Source: a virus
Taxonomy: Duplodnaviria > Heunggongvirae > Uroviricota > Caudoviricetes
IMG/VR virus record: IMGVR_UViG_3300042905_002309
Span: 32,001-96,000 of that record
Length of the DNA: 64,000 nucleotides
Strand: one strand, 5' to 3'
In this document: positions 23,788 through 34,117 of the stretch, in pieces
Position numbering within the stretch: the first letter of the stretch is position 1
How the letters are laid out: every line of letters begins with the position of its first letter
Notes under the pieces: generated by a model
Database searches by the model: none
Seen by the model: only the letters and a program-made list of their open reading frames with translations
What the model was told of the DNA's origin: nothing
Program-made: the position numbers and the translations under genes

Positions 23788-24367
23788 GTTCTGGTGAATT
23801 TGCTACCATTGTTCCTAATTCCTTCTCTACATATTTAGCAATACAAGATACTTCATCACATTGTGGGAAAGTCTCTTGAACATTTGCCTTTACATATACA
23901 CGAATGATATATGTATATTTAGCACAATGTTCACATTTAGGAGGTTCTATTCCAAAGACATTTACTTCTGGTTTAATTTCACCTAATCCACCACGATATG
24001 GTAACTCATAAAAGAAAATTACACTACTATCAGCAAAATGTGTTACTAATTTATCCATACTATCGAATGAATAATCTTTTGTGTTATATGTCTCATTATT
24101 CATTTTGATAATAGGACCAAATCCTTCACCTACAATAAATATAGTTTTATCAGGATATTTTTCCTTCATTGCTTCTACTAACATATCTTTTGTTACAAGT
24201 TTAGTATATGTTTTATGTGTTACCTTCCATGATAATATTTCATTATCTCGTTTAAGCGAATTAATTTGTTGATATAAATCTTCGATCTGGTATAATAATT
24301 GATTCTCTCTATTATTAAGAGGTGGATTGAATTGTTCCTTAATTAATGCTGTTGTTAGTTCTTTCAT
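23741..24367 (-). CDS. Hypothetical protein
   Basis: 208-aa ORF. Confidence 0.6.
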   Translation of the reverse strand: MKELTTALIKEQFNPPLNNRENQLLYQIEDLYQQINSLKRDNEILSWKVTHKTYTKLVTKDMLVEAMKEKYPDKTIFIVGEGFGPIIKMNNETYNTKDYSFDSMDKLVTHFADSSVIFFYELPYRGGLGEIKPEVNVFGIEPPKCEHCAKYTYIIRVYVKANVQETFPQCDEVSCIAKYVEKELGTMVANSPELGNNWGDPFDKTWRG

Positions 24368-24368
24368 T

Positions 24369-24773
24369 TTATTCCTTCTTTCTTATTTTACTAAATTCTT
24401 CTTGTGGCTCGATTAATAATACTTTTTCACATTTATCTGAATCTTTATTTATATCACCAATAAATCCCCATTTTTTCATTAGATATGTTTTGTGAAATTC
24501 TGCATAACGTTTTTTGATTTCCGCAATACGTTCTTCTCTAAAATTTCCAAAATAGTATTTCTCTTCGGATTCAAGTATAACTGCTGTTTTTAATCTGTTG
24601 ATATTTTCTTCTTCTGATTCTGGTGTCTTAGTATAATCTAAAACATGTCTCCATTTTTCAACAAGTTGTGATGCTCTTTCAAAATCACACTGGTTTGAAC
24701 ATGTACGAAGTATACTGAGTTCTGTACAATCTTTACCACACCATTCACAATAATCTTGTTTATAATCGTTCAT
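24369..24773 (-). CDS. Small protein with Zn finger and a copy of the gp23 N-terminal propeptide
   Basis: RASQLVEKWRHVLDY...RLKTAVILESEEKY aligns with gp23 RATQLLEKWKPVLDY...RLSTAVLLENQEKY. Confidence 0.7.
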   Translation of the reverse strand: MNDYKQDYCEWCGKDCTELSILRTCSNQCDFERASQLVEKWRHVLDYTKTPESEEENINRLKTAVILESEEKYYFGNFREERIAEIKKRYAEFHKTYLMKKWGFIGDINKDSDKCEKVLLIEPQEEFSKIRKKE

Positions 24774-24982
24774 AATACTTCATTTGTAATATCGATATAC
24801 TCACCACGTTTATATGACTCATGCATTTCAATTATTTCTTTGGCAGTTTGTTGTGCGTTTGGTGAACTTGACAAATTTCGTGTAAACCCAAAACCAATGA
24901 TACCATCAGTTTTAAATATTTTTTGAAGTCGTGCTATATAATCAACTTCCGACATTTCTAAATTTACATAGGTTTGTTTCAT
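24770..24982 (-). CDS. Hypothetical protein
   Basis: ORF in operon. Confidence 0.5.
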   Translation of the reverse strand: MKQTYVNLEMSEVDYIARLQKIFKTDGIIGFGFTRNLSSSPNAQQTAKEIIEMHESYKRGEYIDITNEVL

Positions 24983-25230
24983 AATTTATTTCCTGTATAT
25001 GGATCAATTGGATCATCTTCAAATAATTCAGGATGTTCTTTTCTAAGATTTCCCATATCTTCTAAATAATCATTACCTATTTTCTCCCAATCTTTACCTA
25101 TTTTTGCCCAATCACTAGTTTCATTTAATACTAAATCTTTAAGAGATTCTTCGCATTTTAATATTTCTACTTCAATAAAATCTGCGATTGGCTTATCTTT
25201 TAATTGTTCGCTGATAATAATTTCGTTCAT
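24979..25230 (-). CDS. Hypothetical protein
   Basis: ORF in operon. Confidence 0.5.
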   Translation of the reverse strand: MNEIIISEQLKDKPIADFIEVEILKCEESLKDLVLNETSDWAKIGKDWEKIGNDYLEDMGNLRKEHPELFEDDPIDPYTGNKL

Positions 25231-25232
25231 AA

Positions 25233-25481
25233 TTAACCTTTCAAATGACTATATTTCTTACGCTTCTCACGGATTCGTTGAATCGTTTCAAAGTCGCCTG
25301 TCTGAATAGCAATCTTCAAATCATTGTCTTCTTTGATTCTATCCAATTCATCTTGCCGTTTCTTAGCTTCGGCTAAGTCTTCGGCAGTTGTCTCTTTCTT
25401 CTGTAAGATGAAATTAACAATTCGAACGATCAATTCAATTATTGCTGTTATTAGTTTCATTTTTCTTCTGCTTGGCCTCAA
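25233..25481 (-). CDS. Small protein with N-terminal hydrophobic helix and coiled coil
   Basis: MKLITAIIELIVRIVNFIL then charged helix. Confidence 0.5.
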   Translation of the reverse strand: MRPSRRKMKLITAIIELIVRIVNFILQKKETTAEDLAEAKKRQDELDRIKEDNDLKIAIQTGDFETIQRIREKRKKYSHLKG

Positions 25482-25731
25482 TCTTCATCAATCCTTCATG
25501 AACAAATGCCACAAATGCCTTATGATGATCTTGAAGTGCTATTAATTTATTACCTACATTCATATTCATTTCACTTAATCTCGCAACTTGTCCATATAAG
25601 TTAGCAATCTTGATACTCTTAGCATCCTCTTCACTAATTTCAAGAGATTTCTCTGTAAGAAGTTTTTCAAACTCTACAATATCTAATAAATCTTGTGTCT
25701 TATTAAAAAGATTCTCTTCAAATAAGTTCAT
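25435..25731 (-). CDS. Hypothetical protein
   Basis: 98-aa ORF. Confidence 0.5.
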   Translation of the reverse strand: MNLFEENLFNKTQDLLDIVEFEKLLTEKSLEISEEDAKSIKIANLYGQVARLSEMNMNVGNKLIALQDHHKAFVAFVHEGLMKIEAKQKKNETNNSNN

Positions 25732-25942
25732 TTAACTCTTTCTCCCTAGTCTTTGAAGACATCATAATCGTTTTACCAATAGTCGGATGTGTTCGAACCA
25801 AATCACGAATAGCTTTTTGCATTACATATTCAAGATGGTCAAACACATCTGCTGAGACTCTTGTGAATTTCTTCGTTCTAGTGTCTTCTGCAACACTTAG
25901 AACGAATTTCTTACAAGCTGATCTATTGATGAGTGATGCCAT
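25718..25942 (-). CDS. Putative histone-fold protein
   Basis: LINRSACKK...RVSADVFDHLE long helix...GKTIM. Confidence 0.55.
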   Translation of the reverse strand: MASLINRSACKKFVLSVAEDTRTKKFTRVSADVFDHLEYVMQKAIRDLVRTHPTIGKTIMMSSKTREKELNELI

Positions 25943-26110
25943 TAGCGTTTCTCATTTAAAAGGACTTGGACACTTTGCATATAAGGTTCGTCTTGGATTA
26001 CTTCCTTGATTTGACGTTCCTTCTGTACTGCATTAGACTGTAACCAGCCCACCAAATTGCCTTCTTCAACGATCCACGTTCTTCCACCTGCCATAATTGT
26101 TATTTGCATA

Positions 26111-26338
26111 TTATTTCAAACTCCCTGCTTCTTTAATTACTTGACTAACTTCATCTGAAATAGGTTTCTTAGTTTTAACATCCTTCTCAACACGTACACG
26201 TTTCTTCATGTCACGACTTGAGCGTAAAGGCTTACGAGGCACAGGTGAACTATTCTCGAAAGTTCTACCACCACACTGAGGACACTTATCCTTCAACTTA
26301 CACACTTCTGATCCATAACCACAACTTTCACACCACAT
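26111..26338 (-). CDS. Zinc-ribbon protein
   Basis: CESCG...CPQCGG. Confidence 0.6.
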   Translation of the reverse strand: MWCESCGYGSEVCKLKDKCPQCGGRTFENSSPVPRKPLRSSRDMKKRVRVEKDVKTKKPISDEVSQVIKEAGSLK

Positions 26339-26339
26339 A

Positions 26340-26681
26340 TTATGTTTCCTTTCGCATTTTTAGTATCTTCTGTTTATTAATTTCGTCCAAAACTCTTTGA
26401 TCATAAATAGTCGTAGCAGCTTTTGTTCGCAACATTGCAAACTTCTTGCCAAAAGAATTCACAATAAAGGTTCCAGCTTTAATTTTTACTTCCTTACCCT
26501 TCTGAACTTCATCTACATTCTCAGAAAGGAACTCTAATGTTAAGTCTTTCTTATCAAACTTAATAACCTTGAGCTTCAATCCGTTTACTTCAACGATTTC
26601 ATCAGGCTGAATCAAACAAAATCCTCTAGAATCTTGTTGTTCTTGATTCTCACGCACTTTAATTACATCTTGTTCTTGCAT
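26340..26681 (-). CDS. Hypothetical protein
   Basis: 113-aa ORF. Confidence 0.55.
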   Translation of the reverse strand: MQEQDVIKVRENQEQQDSRGFCLIQPDEIVEVNGLKLKVIKFDKKDLTLEFLSENVDEVQKGKEVKIKAGTFIVNSFGKKFAMLRTKAATTIYDQRVLDEINKQKILKMRKET

Positions 26682-26682
26682 A

Positions 26683-27000
26683 TTATTTTACCTTTGGTTT
26701 TCTTCCACGCTTTTTAGGAGCTTCCTCAACTTCATTAGATAATAGTTTATCACCCTTTACTGATTTGTCAAGTTTTTTAGCAGCCTTAATAAACTTTTTA
26801 GCTTCTTTAGGGTCTTGAAGATTATTACAAATCTCTCCTAACATATGTACTATCGCATAATTGGTTAAAGCCTTTTCATCTGTAGCAATTTTCTCCAATG
26901 CATACGCACATAATGTCTTTGTCTCTTCATCTGTCAAGTCCATATCATATTCTACCATATCCACAATTCGTTCATTAGTCAAATTCATACCGTTCCTCAT
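26683..27000 (-). CDS. Hypothetical protein with C-terminal KKRGRK motif
   Basis: 105-aa ORF. Confidence 0.55.
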   Translation of the reverse strand: MRNGMNLTNERIVDMVEYDMDLTDEETKTLCAYALEKIATDEKALTNYAIVHMLGEICNNLQDPKEAKKFIKAAKKLDKSVKGDKLLSNEVEEAPKKRGRKPKVK

Positions 27001-27086
27001 CTTTCTATTAAGAATATAACAAACTTTTAAGTTAAATCAAGTATAAATCTTGCAAAAACGAGAAATGGTTATAAATACTTGTATAT

Positions 27087-27692
27087 ATGAGTGTTATAGA
27101 AACAAATTCGTTGATTGAAGAGTTGAAAAATCTTAATTCTGATTTAAGTGGTGGATTAAAAGATATGAAACGTACTACTATCGATCTAAATAGTAAGTTT
27201 AATAATTCTATTTCAACTATAACACCAATTATAACATCAACCACACCAACAACTAGTTCTATACCTATCTTACCACCAAAACAACCATTAAATATGGATG
27301 GATTAAGTGATTTCGTGTTATCTAAAACAGAAGAATTGGTAATTAATGGATTAGATACTGTTAAAGACCTTCAGCAGACCGTAGGATTAACTATGGACGG
27401 AAAGGTTATCGCCGCCTTTGCAAACGTTATTGCCGCCACTAACACGGCTCTAGCCACTTTAAATGCCATAAATATTGAGCGTAGTAAACAAAAAGCAGCT
27501 AAAGAATTAAAAGAGATGGATATTGCTGCTAAAAAAGCTATTGGACCTGCAAATAATACTAAAAATGTCGTTAATCTCATCGCAAATAGAGAGGTCATAC
27601 TTAAAATGTTAGAGGAAACATCAAATACACCTATAAAAGGGGAAATAATTGATTTGACCTCCGATGATTATAGCGTTCAAAACACTAAATAG
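27087..27692 (+). CDS. Probable terminase small subunit (gp16-like)
   Basis: Two long helices then NNTKNVVNLIANRE..LKML; TATAAATA at 27070-27077. Confidence 0.5.
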   Translation: MSVIETNSLIEELKNLNSDLSGGLKDMKRTTIDLNSKFNNSISTITPIITSTTPTTSSIPILPPKQPLNMDGLSDFVLSKTEELVINGLDTVKDLQQTVGLTMDGKVIAAFANVIAATNTALATLNAINIERSKQKAAKELKEMDIAAKKAIGPANNTKNVVNLIANREVILKMLEETSNTPIKGEIIDLTSDDYSVQNTK

Positions 27693-27695
27693 TTA

Positions 27696-27762
27696 TAGCA
27701 GTAATCAAAGAAGGTATGAACTTCTTTGAAACAGGTGGAGTAATCTACCTACTGTCCTGCTA
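27696..27762 (+). promoter_or_regulatory. Conserved structured leader of HNH gene (copy 1)
   Basis: CAGTAATC-stem-GAAAC-stem-CTGTCCTG. Confidence 0.7.
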
Positions 27763-27786
27763 CAGAAGTATTTAAGGAGTAATATC

Positions 27787-28392
27787 ATGAATCAAGTAGA
27801 ATCTACAAAGAAATGTTCAAAATGTCAAAACATTAAACCTTTATCAGAGTTTAGTAAAAATAAGTCACATCATGACGGATATAATAATTACTGTAAATGT
27901 TGTCGTAAACAATATTCTATAGAAAATCGTAATCAAAGACAAAAACATGATAAAAAGTATCAAAATTCGCACTCAATCTCATATAAACAATATCAAAAAC
28001 AATACGGTAAATTATGGCGTGAGATAAATAAAAATAAAAGAACAACACAAGCTAATTTTAGATATAACTCTGATATTAAATTTAAACTTTTACAGATTTT
28101 ACGTAGTCGTATAAATTATGCAATACATAAAAATTCTAAAAATGAACATTCGATTGATTTATTAATGTGTACTGTTAATGAATGGAAAAGGCATCTTGAA
28201 GTGCAATTTGTTAATGGTATGTCTTGGGAAAATTATGGTAATAAAGAAAATCAGTGGTCAGTAGATCACATAATACCATGTAATTTCTTCAATCTAAGTG
28301 ATCCGGTAGAACAATATATGTGTTTTAGATATGAAAATACTAGACCTTTATGGCATATTGATAATTTACGTAAATCTAATAAAATAATTTAA
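27787..28392 (+). CDS. HNH-type putative homing endonuclease
   Basis: KKCSKC...CKCC N-terminus; MSWENYG..W.VDHIIP...N..PLW..DNL.K. Confidence 0.8.
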   Translation: MNQVESTKKCSKCQNIKPLSEFSKNKSHHDGYNNYCKCCRKQYSIENRNQRQKHDKKYQNSHSISYKQYQKQYGKLWREINKNKRTTQANFRYNSDIKFKLLQILRSRINYAIHKNSKNEHSIDLLMCTVNEWKRHLEVQFVNGMSWENYGNKENQWSVDHIIPCNFFNLSDPVEQYMCFRYENTRPLWHIDNLRKSNKII

Positions 28393-29558
28393 ATAGAACC
28401 CTTTTTCCATACCCACATAGGTTCGGCAAAGATACCTTCCTTGTCAGCATTGGTATTTGGTCGTTTAGCCATTCTTAAACCTAATGCACCTTGATATTCT
28501 GAACCTTTAAGTGTGTTAATATAATCGTTCATTGGATCACAAATATGATTAATCGTATGATTTGAGTACACATCTGATATATTGATTATCATATGTCCAC
28601 CTTCTTTTAAATTAACCCAAAAACATCGTATAGATTCAAATAAAAATCCTGCTAACCAATCATCAAGCTTCTTAAATTTCTTAAAAGATTGATCCGCATC
28701 TTGTGTATATCTCTCTATATTGAAATAGGGACACGACGTAAATATTAAGTCTACTTTTTCACCTAATGTTACATCTTCCGCACACCAAGGCAACATTTTA
28801 GCACTCTTATCTTTACATATAGAATTATACATCGTAATCTGGTCATTATATCCAGCAATTAGATTTTTATTTGGATCGATTCCTATATATTCTTTAGCAG
28901 ATGATGCATAAAATCCTGTTAATCTATCACCCCATCCTGATGAAAAATCCAATACAACGCCATTTGGTGCATATCTATTATAAATATATTTAGCTACAGA
29001 TGGTTTAAATTGTGATGCAATATATTTACGCATACCTATAGCTTGTTTAAATGTGCTCATAGTAATACTACCCGTAATCAATCCACTCCAAAAGTAATTC
29101 ATTAATGTAAGCATAAATTTATCATTATTCCATACTCTAATTGGTGATGGTGAATTAATGGAGTCACACGCTAACCTGTTATCCATGTGATAATAGTTAG
29201 AAGCTTGAAGTCCTGCATTGCTACCGTTTAGATATATAAAATTATTAATGTCTTCATACTCCAAAGGCCATTTATAGTCATATCGTGTATGCCAATATTC
29301 ATAATTTTCTATCTTTACACTATCCTCTACAATTAAATTATTGAAATCCTTAATAACTTGGTCAACTGTGGGTTTACTAAATGGTAATGGTATATTATAA
29401 ATACGAATAGCTTTTAACATTTCTAATTTAATTTGATCTTTTGTGTATGTCGTATTGAGAGCATTCCAATATTCATTAGATATATTAAATTCTCCGTCTT
29501 TTATAAAGTTGATATAATTTAATTCCATGTATATGACTATATCATATATGGTACACAA
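28389..29558 (-). CDS. SAM-dependent DNA methyltransferase-like protein
   Basis: VLDFSSGWGDRL, YIGIDPN, DLIFTSCPYF (SPPY-like). Confidence 0.8.
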   Translation of the reverse strand: MCTIYDIVIYMELNYINFIKDGEFNISNEYWNALNTTYTKDQIKLEMLKAIRIYNIPLPFSKPTVDQVIKDFNNLIVEDSVKIENYEYWHTRYDYKWPLEYEDINNFIYLNGSNAGLQASNYYHMDNRLACDSINSPSPIRVWNNDKFMLTLMNYFWSGLITGSITMSTFKQAIGMRKYIASQFKPSVAKYIYNRYAPNGVVLDFSSGWGDRLTGFYASSAKEYIGIDPNKNLIAGYNDQITMYNSICKDKSAKMLPWCAEDVTLGEKVDLIFTSCPYFNIERYTQDADQSFKKFKKLDDWLAGFLFESIRCFWVNLKEGGHMIINISDVYSNHTINHICDPMNDYINTLKGSEYQGALGLRMAKRPNTNADKEGIFAEPMWVWKKGSI

Positions 29559-29565
29559 AGCAACA

Positions 29566-30459
29566 TTATTCTACATGGTATCTATAATAATATAATCCTA
29601 CTTTATATTTTAAGATTTCTTTATTTTTCTGACAACATTTAACTATATTGGATGTATATGAATTATTTTCCGTTGCTGTATCTTTAATGGTGTCATATAT
29701 TTTAATAACATTTAGTGTTATTGGACAGATTTTATCTATTTTTCTTCTGTTAACTGATGGTTTACCAAAATTAAAATTACCACACCCGCTATTCTTCTCT
29801 GATAAAAATATTAGATACTCGTTAGTAAAGGTTGGTGCCAACGTGCCATTTTTAATCTTTGTTGCTATTCTTTTTAATGTAGCTTCTTTAGTTTTTGGTA
29901 TACCTTTTAAAGCTTGTGATATTTTATTTTTATGTTCTTCTGACATTTTTCCGTTTTTATCTCTACGTTTTGTTGCTAAATAACACTTCATTTTTGTTTC
30001 GTCAGTATGTTTTTTATTTAAATTTATATTTCTTAATTTTTCTTTTGTAGTCTCATTATGTAATCTAGGTGCTATTGGCATATCTACATTATATCCCAAA
30101 TTACGATCAAAACTATTATAATAATTACACCAAAAGGTTTCTCGTTCTTTTAATTGCTCAAATTTACATTCTTCTATAATATCAAATTTAAAATTTTCTA
30201 CCCCATGTTTCGTTATAGAACTTTGTATATATGTAGGATATTTTTTAGGATATTTTTTATGTTCTTTCCATCTACGTAAAATATTATTAGATGAACCTAT
30301 ATAAATCTTATTATTAAGAATGTTTATTATTTTATAAATACCTGTAATTTTTGTTTTCATATAACTATTTATAATGTAATGTTCTAAAGTAAAGTAAAAA
30401 AGTATAAAAAAAGAAGAGGTTATTTCTAACCTCTTCGTAAAGAAAAGGGTTACTTTCAT
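29566..30459 (-). CDS. GIY-YIG homing endonuclease with NUMOD repeats
   Basis: GIYKI...IYIGSS..RW..H; H.EETK.K repeats; probable start MKTKI. Confidence 0.9.
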   Translation of the reverse strand: MKVTLFFTKRLEITSSFFILFYFTLEHYIINSYMKTKITGIYKIINILNNKIYIGSSNNILRRWKEHKKYPKKYPTYIQSSITKHGVENFKFDIIEECKFEQLKERETFWCNYYNSFDRNLGYNVDMPIAPRLHNETTKEKLRNINLNKKHTDETKMKCYLATKRRDKNGKMSEEHKNKISQALKGIPKTKEATLKRIATKIKNGTLAPTFTNEYLIFLSEKNSGCGNFNFGKPSVNRRKIDKICPITLNVIKIYDTIKDTATENNSYTSNIVKCCQKNKEILKYKVGLYYYRYHVE

Positions 30460-30480
30460 AACCCCTTGATCTACAATGAT

Positions 30481-31944
30481 TTACATGTAGACGTGTGCGG
30501 CCCCGGGCACAAAGGCTTCACCAAGACCCTTGACTATCAACAAGTGATAGAACATAGAGCTTCCGAAGATATGATCTACAACACCATAACGTGTAAGCAA
30601 ACCAACTCTTGGTGCAAAGTCATTAGGTCCAATTGTGCGTTGAATCATAACCGGGATGTAAGGACAGTATACCAAACCAGTGTCATAATAATCAGCACCC
30701 TTGTATCCAAGCAATGCGTATTCTACGATAGCGGTACGTTGACCCTGTTGGTACTGGGCTTCTGTACGTGTATCTCTGTAGATATTAAAACGACCACCGA
30801 CTGAACCAACCTTGGCAATACCCGTAGGCTGTGTATTGACAGTTCCATTCACTTGCATGAACTTGAACTCAGGAAGGTTTTCCAAGATTGAACACACTCT
30901 TGGTGTTGCAATAATGAAGTTAGCAGGACCACGACGATTGTTGATAGCAATACGGTTTGCTTCAATAATGATACGGGCATACAAGTCACGATTACGTTCA
31001 CCGATCCAACGGGCATCAGCAGAACCAGCGTACCAGAATGAATAACCCTTACCCTTGTTTGTAGGTCCACCAGCGGTTAAGCAGATTTGAACCATACGCA
31101 TAATCATTTCACGGTCAATTTCAGCCTGAATTTCATAACTCATTGCATTGGTCATTTCTGAGTCAATGTCAATACCGTTCATGTTCTTCAAGTCTTGTTC
31201 CAACTCAACGCTCCACTTTGCAGCTAAACGTCTTGTACCAGCTTCAACGCTTGTCTTCTCCATACTGATAGTCATCTGAGGAATCTTACCAGACATTTCG
31301 AATTGAGCAAGAAGGGCTGCTACACCAGAGTCAACTCCATTGTATGCAGGATCAAATACTCCAGCTAAACCAACTAAGCTGTTTGAGCTTACGCCAGTAT
31401 GCATAGTATTAAGATTATTCCAACCAACTTCGGTCTGACCTGAAAGTACTGTATTACTAGTACCTGTCCAAGTATTACCACCAACGCCATTAGCTGTCCA
31501 ACCAGAAGGATCACGACCATCACTATTACCCGTATATCCACCAAGACTGTTATCATCATAGCGGTAACGAAGTGCGAAAGCCAAACCAACGGGTCCACTC
31601 ATAGGCTGAACACCGACGATTTCATTAGTAATCAATTCAGGGAAAGTACGACGAATCATGGGAATTAATACTTTAGGTAAACGTGCGTCACCTGGAGCAT
31701 AATTGTCACCAGAATAAGGAGTACCCATATTTCCACCGCTACCAAATACTCCACCTTGTCCAGCGAAGCTATTTTCGGTCAAATACTTTTCTTGGTTTTC
31801 CAAAAGTACGGCTGTACTTAAACGCTTGTGAGAATCTTCCAAAGCAGGAACCTTATCGGAGCTATAGTCCAAAACGGGTTTCCACTTTTCGAGCAATTGT
31901 GTTGCTCTACTGCGATCTACATATCCACTTGCTTGTGTTATCAT
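30481..31944 (-). CDS. gp23: Major capsid protein
   Basis: GVQPMSGPVGLAFALR, ELEQDLK, EIDRE, YCPYIP, TRYG. Confidence 0.98.
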   Translation of the reverse strand: MITQASGYVDRSRATQLLEKWKPVLDYSSDKVPALEDSHKRLSTAVLLENQEKYLTENSFAGQGGVFGSGGNMGTPYSGDNYAPGDARLPKVLIPMIRRTFPELITNEIVGVQPMSGPVGLAFALRYRYDDNSLGGYTGNSDGRDPSGWTANGVGGNTWTGTSNTVLSGQTEVGWNNLNTMHTGVSSNSLVGLAGVFDPAYNGVDSGVAALLAQFEMSGKIPQMTISMEKTSVEAGTRRLAAKWSVELEQDLKNMNGIDIDSEMTNAMSYEIQAEIDREMIMRMVQICLTAGGPTNKGKGYSFWYAGSADARWIGERNRDLYARIIIEANRIAINNRRGPANFIIATPRVCSILENLPEFKFMQVNGTVNTQPTGIAKVGSVGGRFNIYRDTRTEAQYQQGQRTAIVEYALLGYKGADYYDTGLVYCPYIPVMIQRTIGPNDFAPRVGLLTRYGVVDHIFGSSMFYHLLIVKGLGEAFVPGAAHVYM

Positions 31945-32056
31945 TTTTTATTTCCTTTTTCTATTTCTAAATGTCCAAACCATTGAACATTAAATTGTTT
32001 TCTTATAATTATTTATCAAATTCAAAATCAATTCTGAGGTTTTTTCTGAATTTTTA

Positions 32057-32980
32057 TTAAACAATCTTTCTTTCGTTTACATCACCCTTCATATAATTAG
32101 CAATTTCTTGTACATAAGAGTACTCAGGAATTTCTCCAGCTTCTTCCTTCTTCTCAAGAATTACTTTAGGTGTATCAAATGTTTTCTGATCAACCTTGGT
32201 AGTTGCTTTTGAAGTTGCTTCTTCAATCTTCTTGGTTTCATCGTGTTCAAACATTTCAGTGACATACTTATAGTTTGATTCGATTTCACTTGGCTTCTTG
32301 CCTTCTAACATTTTCAACACATACTTCTTTTGTTCTGGTGACAAATCTTTGGTCTTCTTCTCAAGAATCAAAGTTGCCTCAGTAGCTTGAAGTTTCTGTT
32401 TAATTTCGGTAGATTCCTTAATTGTAGAATTAAGTTGCATACGAAGTTTTTCAATTGTGTCATGTCCATCTTTAAGTGCAGACTTGAAATTCTCACTAAT
32501 AAACTCAGGATCAACTGCAACAATTTTACGAATTTCGTCCAACATTGTACGAGCACGAATATTGTCACAAGCTTCTTTGAGTTGCTGTGTAGGCATAGCG
32601 GAATCCATATAAAGATCAACAAACTTAGAAACCTTTTCGATTAACTCAACACGGAGAGCTTCTGCTCCTGTTTTATAATCAGCGTCATACTTCTCAATTA
32701 CCTTCTGTAACTTAGCAGTATGTGCGGCATCTAATTGTTCAACGACCTTATGAAACTTAGCTGTATGATCTGCATCAATTGCTTCAATCAAAGAATCAAG
32801 TTTACTGGTATGATCTTCATCCATCTTAGCAAGTTCTGACTCAACTACTAATTGGACTTGGGCTTTGCTTTTCTCTTCAACAGCTTCGTTGAACATAGTA
32901 GCTAAAGTGGTTTTTGTTTCCTCAGTTAATATTTCAGAACTGATTGACTTTAATACATCTTCTATCTTTTTTGTTTCCAT
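32057..32980 (-). CDS. gp22: Prohead core/scaffold protein
   Basis: Acidic coiled coil, MFNEAVE, immediately upstream of gp23. Confidence 0.85.
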   Translation of the reverse strand: METKKIEDVLKSISSEILTEETKTTLATMFNEAVEEKSKAQVQLVVESELAKMDEDHTSKLDSLIEAIDADHTAKFHKVVEQLDAAHTAKLQKVIEKYDADYKTGAEALRVELIEKVSKFVDLYMDSAMPTQQLKEACDNIRARTMLDEIRKIVAVDPEFISENFKSALKDGHDTIEKLRMQLNSTIKESTEIKQKLQATEATLILEKKTKDLSPEQKKYVLKMLEGKKPSEIESNYKYVTEMFEHDETKKIEEATSKATTKVDQKTFDTPKVILEKKEEAGEIPEYSYVQEIANYMKGDVNERKIV

Positions 32981-32982
32981 TG

Positions 32983-33144
32983 TTATTCTCCTTTAGAAAT
33001 TGATTCATCACTGTTGATCTGGTCACGCATTTTCTCTTTAATACGTTCTGTAACAGCATTTTGCAAACTTGCTTTGGCATCAGAATAGTTATCTTCGAAT
33101 ATATTCTTAATAAAAACTCCAATTTGTTCCTGTGATTTGGTCAT
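32983..33144 (-). CDS. Small prohead core protein (gp67-like)
   Basis: Manual ORF MTKSQEQIGVFIKNIFEDNYSDAKASLQNAVTERI; position in head cluster. Confidence 0.6.
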   Translation of the reverse strand: MTKSQEQIGVFIKNIFEDNYSDAKASLQNAVTERIKEKMRDQINSDESISKGE

Positions 33145-33202
33145 AATTACATTTCCTTTTCAATTATTTAGTAGAATTAAATACAATTCCATAAAGATTT
33201 GT

Positions 33203-33622
33203 TTAATTTTTGGGTATCCATGTGTCTCCACCCATTACAATCTTTTTAATACTACCCACTTTAAATGATCTTGTTACTTTTTGACCATTTCTCGTAACAC
33301 ATAATCTTAATACACCATTTCGGGCATATTGAACTTTGGTATCAAGATTGGGATTACGAGTTTGACTAATATTATGTGAGCCTTTACAAGCCCCTAAACG
33401 TCCTGTGAGAGTCATAAGATCACCAGCTTTTTTGCTAGGATCAGTCTTACTATCTAATTCTCTTACAGCAGTTATCGATAAAATGTCTTTACCAGCTTGT
33501 GTGTGTGCGAACAGAAAGTTCGAAATGTCACTCTCATCTGTTGAATCATCTGTAGTAATATTCTTACGATTTAATGAATATTCACGTAAAGCTTCAACAA
33601 ATAATGTGAAATCTGCTTTCAT
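33203..33622 (-). CDS. Hypothetical protein
   Basis: 139-aa ORF in head cluster. Confidence 0.6.
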   Translation of the reverse strand: MKADFTLFVEALREYSLNRKNITTDDSTDESDISNFLFAHTQAGKDILSITAVRELDSKTDPSKKAGDLMTLTGRLGACKGSHNISQTRNPNLDTKVQYARNGVLRLCVTRNGQKVTRSFKVGSIKKIVMGGDTWIPKN

Positions 33623-34116
33623 TAGTCCTTCTTAATGCTTGGAGCAGAAATACCTTTTCCATCAACCTTCGTGGTAGCTTCTGGTGAGTAGGTTCTGTCA
33701 CAGTTTTGACAGTATTTGTAACCCTTCTTAGCCTTTTCTTCGTTGTGGTGCTTACCCATTGGTTTGTTGCATTTATCACATTTATGTGTGCCTTCGGTTA
33801 ATACTGCATCATCAGTTTTAACAGACTCCATTGCAGGGGTAGTTGGTGCAGGTGCTGACATCTTATCGAGTAAATTTGAGATCATACTCAAACTCTGTTT
33901 TAAATCATTTACGGTTGAAGTAGTCGTTAAACCTTGGTTCTTATATTCTACAAAGCGTCTTGCATCTACCATGAATAAACTCACTGCTGTCTTAAAGTTT
34001 CCAATATCGGATTTAACTTTAGGTAGTTTTGGTTTATCAAATCGAGTGTCATAAGGCTTGTCATTCACCAACTGTGATTTATATACTTCCATTATTTTTG
34101 TTGAATCATTATCCAT
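33622..34116 (-). CDS. Hypothetical protein with CxxC pairs
   Basis: CDKC...CQNC after LTE motif. Confidence 0.6.
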   Translation of the reverse strand: MDNDSTKIMEVYKSQLVNDKPYDTRFDKPKLPKVKSDIGNFKTAVSLFMVDARRFVEYKNQGLTTTSTVNDLKQSLSMISNLLDKMSAPAPTTPAMESVKTDDAVLTEGTHKCDKCNKPMGKHHNEEKAKKGYKYCQNCDRTYSPEATTKVDGKGISAPSIKKD

Positions 34117-34117
34117 A

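Noticed and set aside
27696-27762. Hammerhead ribozyme in the HNH leader (GAAAC...GTC)
   Set aside because: The CTGANGA core is absent; kept only as an unknown structured motif
30466-31970. Antisense and alternate-frame ORFs over gp23 and other core genes
   Set aside because: Shadow ORFs of strongly conserved genes
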